Of a stretch of 64,000 nt of DNA, positions 30,821 to 39,593 are shown in pieces. Made by a program: the position numbers and the translations under genes. How positions within the stretch are numbered: the stretch's first letter is position 1; each line of letters begins with the position of its first letter. Under the pieces are notes generated by a model. That model saw only the letters and a list, made by a program, of their open reading frames with translations, searched no databases and was not told where the DNA came from. Source of the DNA: Polyangia bacterium (GTDB lineage: Bacteria > Myxococcota_A > Polyangia > Fen-1088); NCBI GenBank assembly GCA_035696125.1, contig DASRQZ010000213.1:59048-123047 (forward strand), given 5' to 3'.

Positions 30821-32908
30821 TCATGCGGCGCGTCCCAGCGCGGGGGCCGAGAGATCGATGGTCGCGACCGGCTCGACCGAGGTGCCGGGCACCAGCTCGC
30901 GCGCGGTGATCACCGAAAGGTCGGGCACGAAACGCGAGGCGAAGTCGAACAGGGGGCGGCGCAGGTCGGGCGGCGCGATGATCACCGTGGGCTGTCCCTC
31001 GGCCGCGAAGCGCGCCGCGCGGTCCTCGAGCGCGCCCACCAGGCGGCGCGCGGTCTCGATGTCGGGCGCCAGCGTGGCCTCGCCGTCACTTTGGCCCAGG
31101 CTGCGCCGCAGAGTGTCCTCGGCGACCCGGTCGAGGGTGACCGCGCGGACCACGCCCGCGCCGTCGGAGACGCGCGCCGTTATCTGCCGGAACAGCCGGC
31201 GGCGCACCTGCTCGACCAGGAAGGCGGTGTCCTTGCTGCGCGGGGCGGCGTCGGCGACCCCTTCCAGGATGGTGCGCAGATCGCGCACCGAGAGCCCTTC
31301 ACGCAGCAGGCCGCGGACCACCCGTACCAGCTCGCCCAGGGTGATGGTCCCGGGGATCGCGTCCTCGACCAGCTTGGGCGCCTCTTTACCGATCGCGCCC
31401 AAGAGCTCCTGCACTTCTTGCCGCCCCACCAGCTCGGCGACGTTGCGGCGGATGACCTCGGACAGGTGGGTGGTCATCACCGATGGTGGGTCGACCACGG
31501 TCAGGCCGGCGGACTCGGCGCGCGCGCGATCGGTGGGAACCACCCACAGCGCGGTGAGGCCGAAGGCCGGCTCCTTGGCAGAGATGCCGTCCAGGCCCGC
31601 GACCTGGGGCGTGCCGCCCGATGGGTCGAGCACCATCAAGCGATCGACGTAGGCGGTGCCCTTGCCCACCTCGACGCCGCGCAGGCGGATGCGGTACTCG
31701 TTGGGCTCGAGGCGCAGGTTGTCGCGCAGGTGCACGGGTGGCAGCACCACGCCGAGATCGGTCGCGATCTGCTTGCGCAGGGCGGTGACCCGGCCCGGCA
31801 GCTCGCCGCCCTTGTCGAGATCGATCAGGCGCAGCAACCCGTGGCCGACCTCGAGCTCGATGGCGTCGACCGTGATCAGGTCCTGCATGCGCTCGGGCTT
31901 GGGGCCGCCCGCCTCGGCGGCGGCCGCCTCGGCCGCGCGTCGCTCGCTCTCCGGCTTTTCGCGCCGGCGCGAAAGGAGATAGGCGCCCAGCGCCAGCAGG
32001 CCGAACGGGATGGTCGGCATGCCCGGAACCGCTGCCAGCGCGCCCAGCACGCCGGCCGTATAGGTGAGCGTGCGCGAGCGGCCAAAGATCTGGCCGCCGA
32101 TCTCCAGGCCGAGGTGCGCGCCCGCGCCCGCGCGGGTGACCACGATACCGGCGGCGGTCGAGATCAGCAGCGCCGGCATCTGCGACACCAGGCCGTCGCC
32201 GATGGTGAGGATGGTGAACGACTCGACGGCGGCGGCCAGTGACATGTGATCGCGGATCATGCCGGCGAGCAAGCCGCCCACGATGTTGATGGCGGTGATG
32301 ATCAGGCCGGCGACCGCGTCGCCGCGCACGAACTTGCTGGCGCCGTCCATGGCGCCGAAGAACTCGATCTCGCGTTCCAGGCTCGAGCGGCGAATCTTGG
32401 CCGCGCGCTCGTCAATCAGGCCAGCGGCCAGGTCGGCGTCGATCGACATCTGCTTGCCGGGCAAGGCGTCCAGGGTAAAGCGCGCCGCGACCTCGGCCAC
32501 GCGACCGGAGCCCTTGGTGATGACCGAGAAGTTGACCGCCAGCAGGATCAGGAAGACCACGGCGCCCACGATCAGGCTGCCGCCGACCGCGAAGCGGCCG
32601 AAGGTCTCGATCACGTCGCCGGCGGCGTGCGACCCCTCCCCGCCTTTGAGCAGGATGAGGCGCGTGGTGGCGACGTTCAGGCCCAGGCGGAACAGGGTGG
32701 TGATCAGCAACAGCGACGGGAAGACCGAGAAGTCGAGCGGCCGCTCCAGGCTGAGGGAGACCAGCAGGATCAGCACCGACACCGCGATGTTGAAAGACAG
32801 CAGGATGTCGAGCGCCAGCGGCGGCAGCGGCAGGATCAGGATCGCCAGGACGCCGAGGACGGCGATCGCGAGCAAGCCTTGACCGGTATTCTGCTTCGGG
32901 TTGTCCAC
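30821..32908 (-). CDS. flhA: Flagellar export apparatus protein FlhA
   Basis: 695 aa, 8 TM N-terminal domain plus cytoplasmic FlhA domain. Confidence 0.9.
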   Translation of the reverse strand: MDNPKQNTGQGLLAIAVLGVLAILILPLPPLALDILLSFNIAVSVLILLVSLSLERPLDFSVFPSLLLITTLFRLGLNVATTRLILLKGGEGSHAAGDVIETFGRFAVGGSLIVGAVVFLILLAVNFSVITKGSGRVAEVAARFTLDALPGKQMSIDADLAAGLIDERAAKIRRSSLEREIEFFGAMDGASKFVRGDAVAGLIITAINIVGGLLAGMIRDHMSLAAAVESFTILTIGDGLVSQMPALLISTAAGIVVTRAGAGAHLGLEIGGQIFGRSRTLTYTAGVLGALAAVPGMPTIPFGLLALGAYLLSRRREKPESERRAAEAAAAEAGGPKPERMQDLITVDAIELEVGHGLLRLIDLDKGGELPGRVTALRKQIATDLGVVLPPVHLRDNLRLEPNEYRIRLRGVEVGKGTAYVDRLMVLDPSGGTPQVAGLDGISAKEPAFGLTALWVVPTDRARAESAGLTVVDPPSVMTTHLSEVIRRNVAELVGRQEVQELLGAIGKEAPKLVEDAIPGTITLGELVRVVRGLLREGLSVRDLRTILEGVADAAPRSKDTAFLVEQVRRRLFRQITARVSDGAGVVRAVTLDRVAEDTLRRSLGQSDGEATLAPDIETARRLVGALEDRAARFAAEGQPTVIIAPPDLRRPLFDFASRFVPDLSVITARELVPGTSVEPVATIDLSAPALGRAA

Positions 32909-32911
32909 TGG

Positions 32912-33985
32912 TTACCGTCCGCCTCCGGCCGCGCTGCCGCGCTGGCCGGTGAGCCGATAGACGTACGCCAGCACCGCGGCCACCGCCTTGAATGTGTCGG
33001 ACGGCACCCCCTTGCCGACCTTGACCCGCTTCCACAGCAGGCGCGCCAGCTGGATGTTCTCCACGATGGGGATCCCGTTGTCGCGCGCGAGATCGCGCAT
33101 GGTCTCGGCCAGCACGCCCTTGCCCTTGGCGGTCACGCGCGGGGCGCTGTCCTCGCCGGCGCGATAGCGGATCGCGATCGCGATGTGGGTCGGGTTGACG
33201 ATCAGCGCGTCGGCGCGGGGCACCTCGACGGCGGCGCGTCCGCGCGACAGCTCGCGATGACGGCGTCGGCGCTTGGCCTTCATCATCGGGTTGCCCTCGT
33301 CCTCCTTTGCCTCGCGCCGCGCCTCTGCCTTGGTCATCTTCATCTTCTTGTTGAAGCGATAACGGGCTAGTGCAATGTCCACGCCGGCCCACAACCCCAT
33401 CACCGTCAGGACCTTGACCGCTCCTTTGCACAGCGGACCGAAGAGCATGCCGAATTGCACGTCGGTGCGCGCGTACAGCAGCGCCGGCAGCGTCATGAAC
33501 TCGTCGCGCATGCACGACCAGATGGTCGCGCCCACTGTCACGACCTTGACGAGCGCGAAGGCCAGGTCGACCCACACTTGCTTACTGAAGACCTGGCCCA
33601 GCTTGCCGCCGCTGAAGACCTTGCTGAGGTCGGGCAGCACCAGATGCGGCCAGATGCGGCCGCGGGTTTGCACCAGATAGGCGATCGCGCCCGCGGCACC
33701 GGCCGCCGCGCAAGCCGCCAGCGCCAGCGCCAGTGGGCGCGCGATCAGCGGCAGCAGGCGCACGAGATCGGGCGACGCCAGGCCGCCCGCGCTGGCGGCG
33801 AACAGGCGGATGAGTGAGTCGCGCAGCGGCACGCCCACCGTCATCAGGGCCGCGGTGCCGACGGCAAAGGCGGCGACGGCGTTGATCTCCCGTCCCAGAG
33901 GGATCTGCCCCTCTTCCATTGCCTCGGCGACGCGTTTGGCGCTGGCCGCTTCGGTCTTGTCATTTTCATCGGAGTCGTCCGCCAT
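32912..33985 (-). CDS. flhB: Flagellar export switch protein FlhB
   Basis: 357 aa; NPTH autocleavage motif (VNPTHIAIAIRY). Confidence 0.9.
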   Translation of the reverse strand: MADDSDENDKTEAASAKRVAEAMEEGQIPLGREINAVAAFAVGTAALMTVGVPLRDSLIRLFAASAGGLASPDLVRLLPLIARPLALALAACAAAGAAGAIAYLVQTRGRIWPHLVLPDLSKVFSGGKLGQVFSKQVWVDLAFALVKVVTVGATIWSCMRDEFMTLPALLYARTDVQFGMLFGPLCKGAVKVLTVMGLWAGVDIALARYRFNKKMKMTKAEARREAKEDEGNPMMKAKRRRRHRELSRGRAAVEVPRADALIVNPTHIAIAIRYRAGEDSAPRVTAKGKGVLAETMRDLARDNGIPIVENIQLARLLWKRVKVGKGVPSDTFKAVAAVLAYVYRLTGQRGSAAGGGR

Positions 33986-33994
33986 GGTCGGTCC

Positions 33995-34801
33995 CTACAC
34001 GCCCCCGCCGGTGAAAGCCGCGGTAGCAGTGCGGGCCGCCAGCTCGGCGATGGGCGGCGCCAGCACGTAAAGCGCCGCGCCGCCGGCGATGATGGTGATA
34101 CAGAAGCCGATGGTGTTGATGCTCAGCTGCGGCGCCGTGCGGCCCACGACGCCGAGGGCGACGTGGCCGAAGAGCACGGCGACCATGATCGGGAACGCCA
34201 TGCGGACCGCCAGCGCCGTGGCGCTGATCCCCTGGCTGATCACCGCGCCGGCCAGCGCGTTCGGGTCGACGCCGGCGGTGGCTCCCGGCGGGATGGCGAT
34301 GACCGAGCGGCACAGCCAGGCGATCGCCTCGCGGTGCATCCCGGAGGCCACCAGCGCCGCCACCGAGAACATCGAGAGCAGTTCGGCGATCGCGGTCGAA
34401 TCCGCGCCGTGCAGCGGATCGATGACCGAACCATACGAAAGTCCCATCGACGTCGCGGCGAGCTGCCCGCACGCGCTGGCAGCGTCGATGGCGAAGCTGG
34501 CCGCCAGCCCGGCGGTGAGGCCGATCAGCGTCTCCATCACGGCCGCGCCGAGCAGCGCCCCGATGCCCCCACCCGCGGGCGGCACGAACGTCGGGAAACC
34601 GGCGCCCGAGAACGCCGCGAACGCCAGGACGAAGGCCATCCCCATCCTCGCGCGCCGTGGCACCGCCTTCATCGCGAACAACGGCGCCACCGAGCAGAGC
34701 GCCGTACACCGGAACAACACGAGCAAGAACCCGAACAGGGTCGGTGTCAGAAAGCCGGCGTCGGAGGGCACGCGGGGAAGTACTTGCGATAACCGTTCCA
34801 C
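33995..34801 (-). CDS. fliR: Flagellar export protein FliR
   Basis: 268 aa polytopic membrane protein, FliR family. Confidence 0.85.
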   Translation of the reverse strand: MERLSQVLPRVPSDAGFLTPTLFGFLLVLFRCTALCSVAPLFAMKAVPRRARMGMAFVLAFAAFSGAGFPTFVPPAGGGIGALLGAAVMETLIGLTAGLAASFAIDAASACGQLAATSMGLSYGSVIDPLHGADSTAIAELLSMFSVAALVASGMHREAIAWLCRSVIAIPPGATAGVDPNALAGAVISQGISATALAVRMAFPIMVAVLFGHVALGVVGRTAPQLSINTIGFCITIIAGGAALYVLAPPIAELAARTATAAFTGGGV

Positions 34802-34892
34802 TTCATTCCCCCACCTGGCGAAAGTGGGATCGTCGACGTCACCGTCGACGATCCCATTTTCGACGGAAAACGAGGCCGGCCGGACCGGAATC

Positions 34893-35153
34893 CTACCGTG
34901 CCGACATCCTCTGCATCGCGTCCGCCAGGAAGTGCGCGTATCGCTCCAGCACCCAGCGCCCGAGGGCCCACGCCCCCAGCAGTGCGACGGCGAGCCGCGG
35001 CAGGAAGCCGACCGCGGGATCGTTGATCTGGGTGGCGGCCTGCAGGATGCCCACGATCAGCCCGACCAGCAGCAATCCGCCGATGAATGGGCCGGCGGTC
35101 GAGGCCAGCAGGGTGAAGCCCTCGCGCATCAGGGCGGCAGGTACGACCTCCAT
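34893..35153 (-). CDS. fliQ: Flagellar export protein FliQ
   Basis: 86 aa (MEVVPAALMREGF...GILQAATQINDPAVGFLPR...), the last part of track ORF 34893-35966; start overlaps the fliP stop (TGATG). Confidence 0.8.
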   Translation of the reverse strand: MEVVPAALMREGFTLLASTAGPFIGGLLLVGLIVGILQAATQINDPAVGFLPRLAVALLGAWALGRWVLERYAHFLADAMQRMSAR

Positions 35154-35863
35154 CAGCCGAAGCTCCGCACCAGCGACGAGACCACCAGATGCCAGCCGCC
35201 GGCCAGCAGGAAGATCCCGATCTTGAGAGGCAGCGCGATCATCTGTGGTGGCACCATCATCATGCCCAGGGACATCAACACCGACGCGATCAGGACGTCG
35301 ACCAGCAGCATCGGCACGAACAGATAGAGGCCCATGCGAAAAGCGGTGCTGAGCTCGGAGATCATGAAGGCCGGGATCACCACCGTCATCGGCATCGCGT
35401 CCCCGCGTGTGGGCCGCGCCTGACCGGAGATCTCGAAGAAGAGCCGCAGATCGTCGTCCCGCGTCTGCTTGAGCATCCAGTCGCGCAAGGGCCCCTGCCC
35501 GCGCTCCAGCGCCGTGCTGGCGTCGATCTTGTCGTCGAGATAGGGACCGAGCGCGTCGTGGTGCACGCGACTGGCGGTGGGCGCCATGATGAAGACGGTG
35601 AGGAACAGCGACAGCCCGGCCAGTATCTGGTTGGGTGGCAGCTGCGGCGTGCCCAGCGCCTGGCGCAGGAACGACAGCACGATGATGATGCGGGTGAAGC
35701 AGGTCAGCGACAGCACCAGCGCCGACGCGAAGGACAGCGCCGTCACCAGCAGGAAGATCTTGACCGCCGACGAGCCGCCGCCCGCGAGCGCCATCTCGGC
35801 GCCGCTGCGCGCGACCTGGGTCAAGGCGTCGGCGGCTCCGAGCGCGGGGTGGGCTGCGTTCAA
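35153..35863 (-). CDS. fliP: Flagellar export protein FliP
   Basis: 236 aa, FliP family TM helices and conserved periplasmic loop. Confidence 0.85.
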   Translation of the reverse strand: MNAAHPALGAADALTQVARSGAEMALAGGGSSAVKIFLLVTALSFASALVLSLTCFTRIIIVLSFLRQALGTPQLPPNQILAGLSLFLTVFIMAPTASRVHHDALGPYLDDKIDASTALERGQGPLRDWMLKQTRDDDLRLFFEISGQARPTRGDAMPMTVVIPAFMISELSTAFRMGLYLFVPMLLVDVLIASVLMSLGMMMVPPQMIALPLKIGIFLLAGGWHLVVSSLVRSFG

Positions 35864-37398
35864 CGAACCCTCCCGGACAGGCCCAGCGCCAGCTTGCGGC
35901 GCAGCTCCTGGTCCTCGAAGCTATCCTCGAGGTAGTCCTGGAAGCGCGGCAGCGAGACCCGCCCATCGTTGGCGGGCGTGCCCTTGCGGAACAGGCGCGC
36001 CAGCAACCCGGCCTGACCGACCGGGTGCGGCTCGCCCGGATCGAGGCTGATGGCGGAGGTCGGGTTGGGGGCCTCCTCGACCTCGATCTTCATGGTCGGC
36101 TCGAAGGTCATCGCCACCGGGACCGCCCTGCTGGCGGGTGGCGGCGCGACCGCCAGCGGCGGCGCGCTGACCAGATCCGGCCAGGGAGTGGGAGTGGGCG
36201 CCGGCGGCGAGGCGGTCACGGCCGGCGCCCCGGCGGGCGACGTCAGCGTCGCGGTCACCATGGCATCCCAGGCGGCGTCCTCGGCCGCAGGCATCGACTC
36301 GATGATCCGGGCGGCCAGGCTCTCGACCTTCAGCTCGCTGGTGTCGGGCAGCTCCTGGAGCAGGGTGATACCTGCCTCGCTGGAGCCCAGGATCAGGCGG
36401 GTCCGCCCCACACGCGCCACCACCAGCGCCCGCTTGGGGCCCAGGCTGGCGGTCTCGAGAATCTCGATGTGCCGGGTGACCGTGCGCCGCCGGCGCGAGA
36501 AGAAGAAGGCCGCGATCGCCACCGCGAGGAAGGCCAGGCCGGCGAGCACCACGCGACCACCGCCCGCGCTGCTGGAGGCGGGCGGGTTGTTCGGCATTGC
36601 CGTCGGCGTCCGCGGGAGCGCCGCAGCCGCGGGAACGAGGGGGTTCAGCTTGGGATCGATCACGCCGACGCCGACGCTGACGCCGACGCCGGCGCCGCCG
36701 ACGACGGGAGACTGGGGCGCGACCTGGGCGGGTGAAGGAGGCCCGAACCTCAGATCACTGGCGACCTCCTTGGCGGGCGGCGCGATCGGCTTCGGGTTGG
36801 ACCCGGCCATGGGGGCGCCGGCTGTCTTCTTGGGGCCTGTGGCCTGGGCGGGCAGGTCGTCGCCGGCGTTCTCGTCGGGACCCAGCGCCAGCTTGGCCTT
36901 GAGCGCGGCGGCGTCGCTCGCCGACAGCGCCGCGGGGACCACGGTCCTGGCGACAGCGTCGGCCCGGGGCGCCGGCTTGAGCATCGCAGGTTCCTTGGCG
37001 CGCGCGACGCTGGGCCGCGACCCGCCGTCACACGCGACCAGCGCGCGCAGGCCACCGGGTGATTTCTCGAACTCGACCGGACCCTGGCAGGCGCCGTCGC
37101 CAAGCGGTATCGCCAGCTCGACTCTCAGCCGGTGTCGGTGGGCGCGAATCTCCTCGGCGCCCTCGGCGACGTCGTTGTCCCAGGCTCGGTTGGCCTCGCG
37201 CACACGCGCGTCCCGCACGTACAGATAGAGGCGGCCCTCGCCCAGCGTGGCGCTCGCCGCCTCCGGGTCGATCATCGCGTCACCCTTGACGGTGATGGCG
37301 ATGCGTCCGCCCTCACGCTCGGCGCTGACCTCGGAGATGGTGACCTGGGTAACCAGCAGACCCACGGGAATCAGAAGCGCAGCACCGATCATGACCAC
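35860..37398 (-). CDS. fliO: FliO-domain protein with long N- and C-terminal extensions (512 aa)
   Basis: Starts 28 nt after the fliN stop. Central TM (LAGLAFLAVAIAAFFF) + FliO-like region (RHIEILETASLGPKRALVVARVGRTRLILGSSEAGITLLQEL). A 290-aa N-terminal region follows a signal/TM. A Pro-rich C-terminus. An internal GVGVSVGVGV stretch is encoded by a hexamer array. Confidence 0.55.
   Translation of the reverse strand: MVMIGAALLIPVGLLVTQVTISEVSAEREGGRIAITVKGDAMIDPEAASATLGEGRLYLYVRDARVREANRAWDNDVAEGAEEIRAHRHRLRVELAIPLGDGACQGPVEFEKSPGGLRALVACDGGSRPSVARAKEPAMLKPAPRADAVARTVVPAALSASDAAALKAKLALGPDENAGDDLPAQATGPKKTAGAPMAGSNPKPIAPPAKEVASDLRFGPPSPAQVAPQSPVVGGAGVGVSVGVGVIDPKLNPLVPAAAALPRTPTAMPNNPPASSSAGGGRVVLAGLAFLAVAIAAFFFSRRRRTVTRHIEILETASLGPKRALVVARVGRTRLILGSSEAGITLLQELPDTSELKVESLAARIIESMPAAEDAAWDAMVTATLTSPAGAPAVTASPPAPTPTPWPDLVSAPPLAVAPPPASRAVPVAMTFEPTMKIEVEEAPNPTSAISLDPGEPHPVGQAGLLARLFRKGTPANDGRVSLPRFQDYLEDSFEDQELRRKLALGLSGRVR
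36658..36707. repeat. In-frame hexamer array inside fliO-like CDS, encoding (GV)n
   Basis: gatCACGCCGACGCCGACGCTGACGCCGACGCC...; the same GATCACGCCGAC start as the copies at 12024 and 60121. Confidence 0.85.
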
Positions 37399-37426
37399 CC
37401 ATCCTTTCTGTTTTTTCCCAAGTGCT

Positions 37427-37720
37427 TCATCGCAACCGCGCGATGCGCTCGGCCTGGCTCACGATGTCGGTGATACGCACACCGAACTTGTCGTTGACCA
37501 CCACCGCTTCGCCGCGCGCGACCAGCCGGTCGTTGACCAGGATGTCCAGCGCCTCGCCGGCGACCTTGTCGAGCTCGATCACCGAGCCTGGGCCCAGCGT
37601 CAACAGATCCTGGATCGACATCCGGGCCCGACCGAGCTCGACGGCGATGTCGAGCGGCACGTCCAGCAGCAGGTCGAGGCGCCGCGGGTTTTCGCCGCTG
37701 TTGTTGTCATTGGATTCCAT
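37427..37720 (-). CDS. fliN: Flagellar motor switch protein FliN
   Basis: 97 aa SpoA domain. Confidence 0.85.
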   Translation of the reverse strand: MESNDNNSGENPRRLDLLLDVPLDIAVELGRARMSIQDLLTLGPGSVIELDKVAGEALDILVNDRLVARGEAVVVNDKFGVRITDIVSQAERIARLR

Positions 37721-37754
37721 GGATCTCCTTCTTCTTGCCTGACTGGTCTGACCT

Positions 37755-38780
37755 TCAGGTTCCCGGGGCGGCGTTGGCGCCGCCGGTTGGCTCCAGCCCC
37801 TGCAGCGGACGCAAACCCTGTTCCACCACCACCGCCATGCTGCCGCCCACCACCCGCGGCAAGCCGGTCATCTTGGGCCGGCCTTGCACGTAGATCGGCA
37901 GCGGCGACGACTCGCTGCCGTCGAGCATCATCAAATCGCCGACCTTGAGCTCGAGCAGCTTGGCAAAGGTCATCTTGGCGCGGCCGATCTCGACGCGCAT
38001 GTCGACCTTGACGTTGTGCAGGTCCCTGGCCCAGGCGTTCACGAAGCGCGCGTCGGTCTGCTTGCCCTGGCGAGGCGGCGAGATCAGCGACTTCTTGACC
38101 GGCTCGACCGTGGCGTAAGGGATCGCCAGCTGGATGCGCCCGTTGGCCACGCCGGTGATCTCATAGGCGCACAGGATGGTCAGGTCGTTGGGTCCGCAGA
38201 TCATCGCCATGCGCGGATCGGACTCGTTGCGCACGATCTCCGGGCGGAAGCGCAGCACCTCGGCCCAGCCCTGCCCCAGCGCATCGCAGAAGACGCCCAG
38301 CAAGCTCTTGAGCACGCGGCGCTCGACGTTGGTCAGGTCGGTGCGGCCGTCGTCGGAGGAAGGGTCGCTTCGTGCCGTGCGATCACCGAGCGCGCCGGCC
38401 AGCACCGTGCGGGCCAACGGCACCTCGACCATCAGCACCGCCTGGCCGTGCCCGGGTCCCATCGACATGATCCAGACCGAATTGCCCGCGCCGAACAGGC
38501 TGCTCACGTCGCCGAACTGCATCAGCGTCGACGCCGCCGGCGCCACTCGCAGATCCAGGCGGGTGCGTCCCGCCAGGTTGGTGCCGAAGATCGACGCGAC
38601 CTTCTCGTTGATCGAGTCCAGGGTCGGCATCTGACCCCGGATGATGCGATCCTGACTGGTGAGGTCGTAGGTCAGCGCGGGCGCGCTGCCCTCTTCTTCC
38701 CCCGGATCGGCGCCGACGCGGCCATCCTGGATGGCCGCCATCAATGCATCGACTTCACTTTGGTCCAGGGGCGATGTCAT
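37755..38780 (-). CDS. fliM: Flagellar motor switch protein FliM
   Basis: 341 aa, FliM middle domain plus C-terminal SpoA. Confidence 0.85.
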   Translation of the reverse strand: MTSPLDQSEVDALMAAIQDGRVGADPGEEEGSAPALTYDLTSQDRIIRGQMPTLDSINEKVASIFGTNLAGRTRLDLRVAPAASTLMQFGDVSSLFGAGNSVWIMSMGPGHGQAVLMVEVPLARTVLAGALGDRTARSDPSSDDGRTDLTNVERRVLKSLLGVFCDALGQGWAEVLRFRPEIVRNESDPRMAMICGPNDLTILCAYEITGVANGRIQLAIPYATVEPVKKSLISPPRQGKQTDARFVNAWARDLHNVKVDMRVEIGRAKMTFAKLLELKVGDLMMLDGSESSPLPIYVQGRPKMTGLPRVVGGSMAVVVEQGLRPLQGLEPTGGANAAPGT

Positions 38781-38791
38781 GGGCGTAGGTC

Positions 38792-39340
38792 CTACTGGAT
38801 GATGAAGTCGGTGATGTAGACGGCGCGGACGCGATGTCCGGGGATCAGCTCTTCCAGGTTCTTGATCATCGCCTCCTTCATCTGCTTGAGGCCATCGCTG
38901 CCGCGCAGCTCGTCGGGCGTTCGGTCGCTGAGGTAGCTCAGGATCAGGTCGCGGATGGGCGCGACCTTCTTTTCGACGCGGCCCTTGGTGGCCTCGTCGG
39001 AAACCTCGATCTCCAGCCCGAGGTGGGCATAGCGATCCACGTCCAGCGACTTGAGCTGAACGGTGAAGTTGTCGAAGCGGATGCTCGGCCCGGGGCCACC
39101 GCCTTCTTCGGGGGCGCCGTGCTCGCCGGCCGGCTTCTCCTCTTTTCCTTCGGCGTGGCCCTCGGCCGCCGGCTTTCCTTCCGCCCCGGCGCCAACGTGG
39201 GCCTGCGCTGCCGGGCGTTTCATCACGAAGATGAGCACACCGGTCAAGAGCAGCGTATTGATGACCAGCAGGATCGGCAGGACCTTGCTCTTACCGGCGG
39301 GCGGGGCAGCCGCTGCCCCGGTCTCTTCATCTTCACTCAT
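38792..39340 (-). CDS. fliL: Flagellar basal-body-associated protein FliL
   Basis: Single TM + FliL domain; start at MSEDEE (39340) with GGAGACGGAGG RBS. Confidence 0.8.
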   Translation of the reverse strand: MSEDEETGAAAAPPAGKSKVLPILLVINTLLLTGVLIFVMKRPAAQAHVGAGAEGKPAAEGHAEGKEEKPAGEHGAPEEGGGPGPSIRFDNFTVQLKSLDVDRYAHLGLEIEVSDEATKGRVEKKVAPIRDLILSYLSDRTPDELRGSDGLKQMKEAMIKNLEELIPGHRVRAVYITDFIIQ

Positions 39341-39367
39341 AAGGAAACGCCTCCGTCTCCACCGAGT

Positions 39368-39383
39368 AGCAAGGGGCGTACCC
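39368..39383 (-). promoter_or_regulatory. Candidate sigma54 (-24/-12) promoter for the fliL...fliA operon
   Basis: Minus-strand GGGTAC-gcccc-TTGCT, GG-N10-GC spacing correct, about 30 nt upstream of the fliL ATG. Confidence 0.35.
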
Positions 39384-39593
39384 TTCACGCCGCGACCCCG
39401 GCGGCCCGCCGGCCCGCGGAAACCGCGGCTCGCGGTTCCGTATCCCCGTCAGGAGGGTGACGCGGCAGGGGCGCGCGTCAGTTTGATGACGGCGCGCGCG
39501 ATCGTCGCGGACGATGATCGCGACCTGCGAATCTGTACGTCTTGCACTCCGCTAAGGTATTCGCCTTCATCTACCGAGTTGCGTCTTGTCGCC

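Noticed and set aside
34893-35966. 357-aa minus-strand ORF spanning fliP and fliQ
   Set aside because: Out-of-frame overlap of fliP; only the terminal 86 aa (FliQ) are genuine.
39521-39560. tgtacgtcttgca as a plus-strand sigma54 site for the HDOD gene
   Set aside because: Lacks the invariant GG at -24.
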